From: a bacterium
Lineage (GTDB): Bacteria; Patescibacteriota; UBA1384; VFKW01
Direction: 5' to 3'
DNA: 64,000 nt
NCBI GenBank assembly: GCA_030647355.1
Contig: JAUSIS010000006.1
Location: forward strand, 26,221 to 90,220
The notes under the pieces are model-generated. The model searched no databases. It had not been told where the DNA came from and saw only the letters and a list, made by a program, of their open reading frames with translations. Shown here piece after piece: positions 59,527 to 64,000 of the stretch (the stretch's first letter is position 1; every line of letters starts with the position of its first letter). The translations under genes were made by a program, and so were the position numbers.

Positions 59527-59643
59527 ATGTCTAAGATCGGTTTTGCCCGCTCGGTCTGCGGGATGCCCTTTCAGGGAAGATACCTTACATAACTTGCCCA
59601 AGAGGTTGAGAAGTGGTAACATTAACCTGTAGTAGGAGATTTT

Positions 59644-60621
59644 GTGGATATACAAAAAAGGAAAGAAGATCTTAGAGAGCTTTTGAAGATTGGTCCAAAA
59701 GAAGCAAGAATTAATGAGATTCAGGAGAAAATGAGCGATCCTTCTTTTTGGTCTGATCGGGAAAAATCTCTGGTATTAACTCAAGAGCTGACGACTCTGC
59801 AGGGTATTATTAAAAAATTTGATGGTGCCAATGACGAGAAATCTATTGAGGGATTAGAAACACAAGCTTTACTTTCCGGAGAATATGATTTGAATAACGC
59901 GATTATTTCTTTAAGCGCAGGGGCGGGCGGGACAGAAGCGCAGGACTGGACTGAGATGCTATTTCGTATGTATGGCCGCTGGGCGGAAAGAAAAGAGTTT
60001 AAGTTTGAGGTACTTAGTATGTCAGAAGGCGAAGAAGCAGGATTGAAGAGCGCTACAGCAAGAGTAATGGGGCCATTTGCGTATGGTTATTTATCTTGTG
60101 AAGCAGGGGTTCATCGTCTTGTCCGGTTATCGCCGTTTGATGCCGATCATGCTCGGCATACTTCTTTTGCACTTTTGGAAGTGACTCCGGAAATTGATAA
60201 AGCAGAGGTAGAAATTGATCCAAAAGATTTAAAGATTGATGTATTTCGATCAGGTGGGCATGGCGGTCAAAGTGTTAACACAACTGATTCAGCGGTGCGA
60301 ATAACGCATTTGCCGACTGGTATTGTGGTTACTTGCCAGAATGAGCGCTCGCAATTGCAAAACAGAGAGATGGCGCTAAAGATATTAAAGTCTCGGCTTA
60401 TGATTAAGGAAAAGGCGCAAAAGAAGGCGCAGGAAAGGAAGATTAAGGGGGAGCTGGAATCGGCCGAGTGGGGGAGTCAGATAAGATCGTATGTTTTGCA
60501 CCCTTATCAAATGGTTAAAGATCACCGCACAGAATATGAAACAGCTAATACGCAGGCAGTTCTTGGTGGAGATATTGATGGGTTTATTGAAGCATGTTTA
60601 AAGAAGAGAGCTCTAGAGTAA
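59644..60621 (+). CDS. prfB: Peptide chain release factor 2 (short, no frameshift)
   Basis: GAGGTEAQDW, RLSPF (SPF), GGQ, WGSQIRSY. Confidence 0.95.
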   Translation: MDIQKRKEDLRELLKIGPKEARINEIQEKMSDPSFWSDREKSLVLTQELTTLQGIIKKFDGANDEKSIEGLETQALLSGEYDLNNAIISLSAGAGGTEAQDWTEMLFRMYGRWAERKEFKFEVLSMSEGEEAGLKSATARVMGPFAYGYLSCEAGVHRLVRLSPFDADHARHTSFALLEVTPEIDKAEVEIDPKDLKIDVFRSGGHGGQSVNTTDSAVRITHLPTGIVVTCQNERSQLQNREMALKILKSRLMIKEKAQKKAQERKIKGELESAEWGSQIRSYVLHPYQMVKDHRTEYETANTQAVLGGDIDGFIEACLKKRALE

Positions 60622-60623
60622 TC

Positions 60624-60769
60624 GCAATATCTTCGCCTTTCGAAGCACGCGTTCAATTTTTCCAGCGAAAATTGCCGCTCTATCTCGGCTCGCAACCCAG
60701 CCCTTTTTACAAAAGAGCTGGGACCAAGCTTGCTTCACCTCCGATAGGCATCTCAATGGAAGATATTGC
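60624..60769. repeat. Structured motif family B, copy 3 (with nested CCCAGCCCTTT hairpin)
   Basis: Closed by gcaatatcttc/gaagatattgc. Confidence 0.8.
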
Positions 60770-60818
60770 TCTTTAGAAGTTGCAAGACTATAATAACAAG
60801 GTAAGAAAGGAAGAAAAT

Positions 60819-61124
60819 ATGTTTGATAAAGCAAAGCAGATGTACGATCTGCAGAAGAAAGCAAAAGCAATGCAAAAGGAATTGAAGGCGACAGAGATTG
60901 AGGCGAAAAGTACGGACGGGCGGGTTACAATTATTTTTAACGGCGAACAGAGACTGCAGGACATTCAAATTGATGAATCTTTGATGGGAAAGGATAATAA
61001 AATAGAGTTGGAGAAATTACTTGAAAGAACCATAAATGAAGCGATCTCGAGAGCCCAAGTAGTAGCGGCGGAGAAGACAAAAGCGATTATGAAGGATATG
61101 AATTTAAATATACCGGGAATGTAA
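60819..61124 (+). CDS. ybaB: YbaB/EbfC nucleoid-associated protein
   Basis: LQKKAKAMQKEL...GRVTIIFNGEQ...INEA...IPGM. Confidence 0.88.
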   Translation: MFDKAKQMYDLQKKAKAMQKELKATEIEAKSTDGRVTIIFNGEQRLQDIQIDESLMGKDNKIELEKLLERTINEAISRAQVVAAEKTKAIMKDMNLNIPGM

Positions 61125-61130
61125 CTCGGC

Positions 61131-61231
61131 GATGAGGGTATAAGCTATTCGGGAAGCGTTTCTCCGCCATCCGCCAATCGGCGGAGGCGGATGCACTACG
61201 CTTAACTTCCCTCATAGCACATACCCTCATC
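61131..61231. repeat. Structured motif family A, copy 3 (with nested TCCGCC palindromes)
   Basis: Closed by gatgagggtat/ataccctcatc; core ggaag/cttcc. Confidence 0.8.
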
Positions 61232-61269
61232 TTAATTGCTTTGATATTCTGCAGAGGAAGGAGAAGGGG

Positions 61270-61833
61270 ATGAAAATGATTGTGGGGTTGGGAAACCCAG
61301 GTGAAAAATATAAAAATACAAGACATAATGTTGGTTTTTTAGTTCTCGACGAGTTAGCGAGGCATTTTGGGGCGACTTTCAAATTGGAAAAGAAATTTGA
61401 AGCTGAGATATTGAAGACCACGTTGACTGGTGAAGAGGTTTTATTGGTTAAGCCAATGGCGTTTATGAATCTGTCAGGATCTGTGGTTAGAGATTTAGTT
61501 AATTTTTATAAGATCGATTTGTCGGATGTTTGGGTTATTTATGATGATATTGATCTTCCGTTGGGTGAAATCAGGGTACGGAAAGAGGGACGATCGGGTG
61601 GTCATAAAGGTTTGGAATCTATTATTGAGGAATTAAAGACAGATCAAATTTCGAGGATAAAAATCGGGATTGGCCGACCGGATGATGAACGTGAAGCTGA
61701 AGATTACGTACTGGAGTCATTTGAAAACGACGAGCTGCCAATTATTAAAACAGTAATAAGTAAGGTAGGGGAGTTAGTTTTAGTGGCGCTTGAGCAGGAT
61801 AACCTTGACAGTAAGAGCATTTCTATCATATAA
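61270..61833 (+). CDS. pth: Peptidyl-tRNA hydrolase
   Basis: IVGLGNPG, TRHNVGF, FMNLSG, GGHKG. Confidence 0.97.
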   Translation: MKMIVGLGNPGEKYKNTRHNVGFLVLDELARHFGATFKLEKKFEAEILKTTLTGEEVLLVKPMAFMNLSGSVVRDLVNFYKIDLSDVWVIYDDIDLPLGEIRVRKEGRSGGHKGLESIIEELKTDQISRIKIGIGRPDDEREAEDYVLESFENDELPIIKTVISKVGELVLVALEQDNLDSKSISII

Positions 61834-61852
61834 TAAGGTGTAATTTTAATAT

Positions 61853-61963
61853 GTGGGACCCCGCTCTTTCTAAGCTTGAAAATCTATCCGGCTGTTTATG
61901 GCTAAGTGGTAAATAAGCTGGCGTGGATTATTTGAGTTTTGAAAGGGCGGGGGTTAGTACCAC
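61853..61963 (+). promoter_or_regulatory. Probable L1 autoregulatory leader (GTGGGA...ACCAC) with a 94-nt hairpin in its loop
   Basis: GTGGGA and TACCAC flank the hairpin; promoter TTGACA-N18-TATAAT at 61805-61834. Confidence 0.55.
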
Positions 61964-61987
61964 TGCCCGAATGGGCAAGGAGTAATA

Positions 61988-62866
61988 ATGCCAAAGAAGA
62001 AACAGGTTAAAGAGGAGCAGGACAATCCTGTCGTAGAAGTTGAAGAAGAAGCATTAGTTGATTCGGAAGAGGACAGAGAAGAAGAGAAAAACTTGGGAAT
62101 AGATGACACTGACGAAAATTTACAGGAGGAGACTCAAATAAAAAAAGTAGTAGGGGATGTAGCGGGACTACCTTCTGAGGTGGCTGCTATTAATACTGAT
62201 AATGAGACTGCCCGAGAGGCAACTAAAAAAGTTCAAGGGACAACGAATAAAAATAAATCGAGAAGCAAAAGATACATTACCGCTGTTAGTAAGGTTGATA
62301 AAAATAAGAAATACACGATTGACGAAGCTATAGAATTAGCAAAAGAAACTTCGAGTACGAAGTTTGAAGGATCGGTTGAGTTGCATGTAAAACTATCCGA
62401 GAAAAAAAGCAAGAAAAAAGGAACTGATGAATTGGCTCGAGGGATTTTGCATCTACCGCATGGAATGGGGAAAGAGCTGAAAGTTATTGTCTTAGACGAA
62501 AACAAGATCGAAGAAATTGCTAAAACAAAGAAAGTTGATTTTGATGTGGCGATAGCTACTCCCGCTTTGATGCCTAAAATGGGTAAGATCGCCAAGATTT
62601 TAGGTCCAAAAGGAAAAATGCCAAATCCAAAGACCGGGACTGTGAGTGATGATCCCGAGAAAGTAAAAGAAGAAATTAAGAATGGTAAGGTAGAATATAA
62701 GGTAGATGCTAATAATGTTGTTCACCAGATGATCGGAAAGACCAGTTGGGATAGTATAAAACTCAAAGAGAATTTTCAAGTAGTGATGCAGGCGTTGCCT
62801 AAAAATAGAGTGCAATCTGTCGCTCTTTCGACGACGATGGGACCGGGGATTAAAGTAGAGTACTAA
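61988..62866 (+). CDS. rplA: 50S ribosomal protein L1 with about 90-aa acidic N-terminal extension
   Basis: KFEGSVEL, LPHGMGK, LGPKGKMPNPKTGTV, STTMGPGIKV. Confidence 0.95.
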   Translation: MPKKKQVKEEQDNPVVEVEEEALVDSEEDREEEKNLGIDDTDENLQEETQIKKVVGDVAGLPSEVAAINTDNETAREATKKVQGTTNKNKSRSKRYITAVSKVDKNKKYTIDEAIELAKETSSTKFEGSVELHVKLSEKKSKKKGTDELARGILHLPHGMGKELKVIVLDENKIEEIAKTKKVDFDVAIATPALMPKMGKIAKILGPKGKMPNPKTGTVSDDPEKVKEEIKNGKVEYKVDANNVVHQMIGKTSWDSIKLKENFQVVMQALPKNRVQSVALSTTMGPGIKVEY

Positions 62867-63002
62867 TTCAAGAGTATATCTTTCAAAGACACGCGTTCGT
62901 CCGCTCCTGCGGCGGATGCCGCTCGCCCTCGGATTCCTTTCGCCTTCGGCGAACCAAGCAAGAAATCCTGCGAGAGGTCTTCTCAAAACATACTCTTGAA
63001 TT
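62865..63002. repeat. Structured motif family B, copy 4
   Basis: Closed by aattcaagagtat/atactcttgaatt. Confidence 0.8.
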
Positions 63003-63084
63003 CAAAGAGAGAGTGGAAAAGGGTAACAAAAAAATAGTTTGTAGGTACTTTAAGTAGTAGTTGGTTTTTCCATTAGAGTTTTTG

Positions 63085-63459
63085 TTACAATTGAGCAATA
63101 GGGGTGAATATACCTTCCTTGACTATTACGGTAGGTGGGCAACCTGGCGACATACCCTTGGTGATTTGAACAGTACCTTCTGTGTTTTTATATGTAACGA
63201 GTATTGTTTTTCTGTCCATGTTGACAATTGCGCAGGTAGAACCGATTCCACGAACCATTTTACTGGATTGGTCGGAGTAAGTTTGCAAGGAATCGTCAAT
63301 AGGGTAAAAAGTGACGTTTGCCAAAGGAGTGGCTTGGGTGATTTTTGGTGTTGGAACAGGCGTTGCAGTATTATATTGCATCATATAAATAATTGCTCCT
63401 GCTGTTAGTAAGGTAATGGTAACAAGGATGATTAATAAAACCAAGGTTCGCTTTTCCAT
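63085..63459 (-). CDS. Hypothetical membrane-anchored protein
   Basis: AGGAGG RBS; N-terminal TM; between rplA and rplJ. Confidence 0.6.
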   Translation of the reverse strand: MEKRTLVLLIILVTITLLTAGAIIYMMQYNTATPVPTPKITQATPLANVTFYPIDDSLQTYSDQSSKMVRGIGSTCAIVNMDRKTILVTYKNTEGTVQITKGMSPGCPPTVIVKEGIFTPIAQL

Positions 63460-63472
63460 TATGTCCTCCTTG

Positions 63473-63501
63473 TTGACATTGTAGAGTATTTTTCGTATAA
63501 T
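63473..63501 (+). promoter_or_regulatory. Consensus sigma70 promoter for rplJ
   Basis: TTGACA-N17-TATAAT. Confidence 0.8.
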
Positions 63502-63674
63502 TAAAACACAATTCCGATGACACTATGTTCCTATTTGGATAATGTTCGGTATCCAGCCCTTTGCGCTTTGGCGCCAAAGAGCTGGACTGACGCATAGAGA
63601 GGAGAATAACTCATTTTTGAGAGGTCGATTCTTCGGTAGTCATTGGCACCGGATTTTTTAAATTAAGGAGAATG

Positions 63675-64000
63675 ATGGCTCTAACGAGAGACGAAAAAAC
63701 CCAACAAATCGAGAAAATTGGCGAAAATATTAATCAATCTAAAGCGGTTGTTTTTGCTGAATATCGCGGAATTAACATGAAAGATAATCAAAATCTCCGC
63801 AGTATACTTCGCCAATCTGGAATTGATTTTAAGGTCATCAAGGCAACGCTTCTGAAACTGGCATTAAAAAAGCAAAAAATTGAAGTGCCGGCTGAGATAA
63901 TGGATAAACCGTTAGCGGTGGCCTTTGGTTATGATGACGAGGTTATGCCAGCCAAGTTGATTGCAGAGTCGGCAAAAAAAATTGAATCGCTCAAGATAAT
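63675..64000 (+). CDS. rplJ: 50S ribosomal protein L10, 3'-truncated by window edge
   Basis: Hand translation MALTRDEKTQQIEKI...AVVFAEYRGI...LRSILRQSGIDFKVIKATLLKLAL. Confidence 0.92.
   Translation, partial: MALTRDEKTQQIEKIGENINQSKAVVFAEYRGINMKDNQNLRSILRQSGIDFKVIKATLLKLALKKQKIEVPAEIMDKPLAVAFGYDDEVMPAKLIAESAKKIESLKI

Noticed and set aside
59536-59612. Riboswitch-like hairpins upstream of prfB
   Set aside because: Small stems are present but match no aptamer consensus I can recognise; single copy.
59644-59700. Programmed +1 frameshift in prfB (CTTTTGA resembles CTT-TGA)
   Set aside because: The frame is open from the GTG start (CTT TTG AAG), so no shift is needed.
1-64000. Alternative genetic code (TGA = Gly) as in some CPR lineages
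   Set aside because: Conserved genes end at TGA (murF, murD, secE, recR), long ORFs have no internal TGA, and RF2 is present.

Overview
A 64-kb stretch of a small, AT-rich bacterial chromosome using the standard code (TGA = stop). Gene content and architecture (short MurF, PilC and RF2, long acidic N-tails on NusG and L1, large type IV pilus locus) suggest a CPR/Patescibacteria genome; this is inference. Order: dcw cell-wall cluster (ftsI-murF-mraY-murD-ftsW-murG-murC-murB-ddl-ftsQ-like), recJ-radA-PIN/TRAM, PBP1A, tyrS, tRNA-Pro, rpmB, holB, a tRNA-Thr/Tyr/Thr-rpmG-Trp cluster, an approximately 17-kb type IV pilus locus with 9 pilin-like genes, ileS, rodA, rplU-secE-nusG-rplK, dprA-topA-recR, cysS, a GC-richer island of secreted/surface proteins, prfB-ybaB-pth, rplA and the start of rplJ. 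The unusual signal is a set of at least eight families of short palindromic or structured repeats: (i) REP-like arrays bracketing a stand-alone GIY-YIG nuclease; (ii) inverted 7-mer arrays around a four-helix-bundle (23S-IVS/Avd-like) domain fused in frame as the leader of a minor pilin; (iii) the same 35-bp block inserted in frame at the equivalent Toprim loop of TopA and RecR, plus a nested insert in IleRS; (iv) a tRNA-Thr nested inside split halves of itself; (v) two multi-copy covarying RNA/ssDNA motifs just after stop codons. Several families nest inside each other's loops. No CRISPR-Cas, rRNA, transposase or reverse transcriptase is visible.
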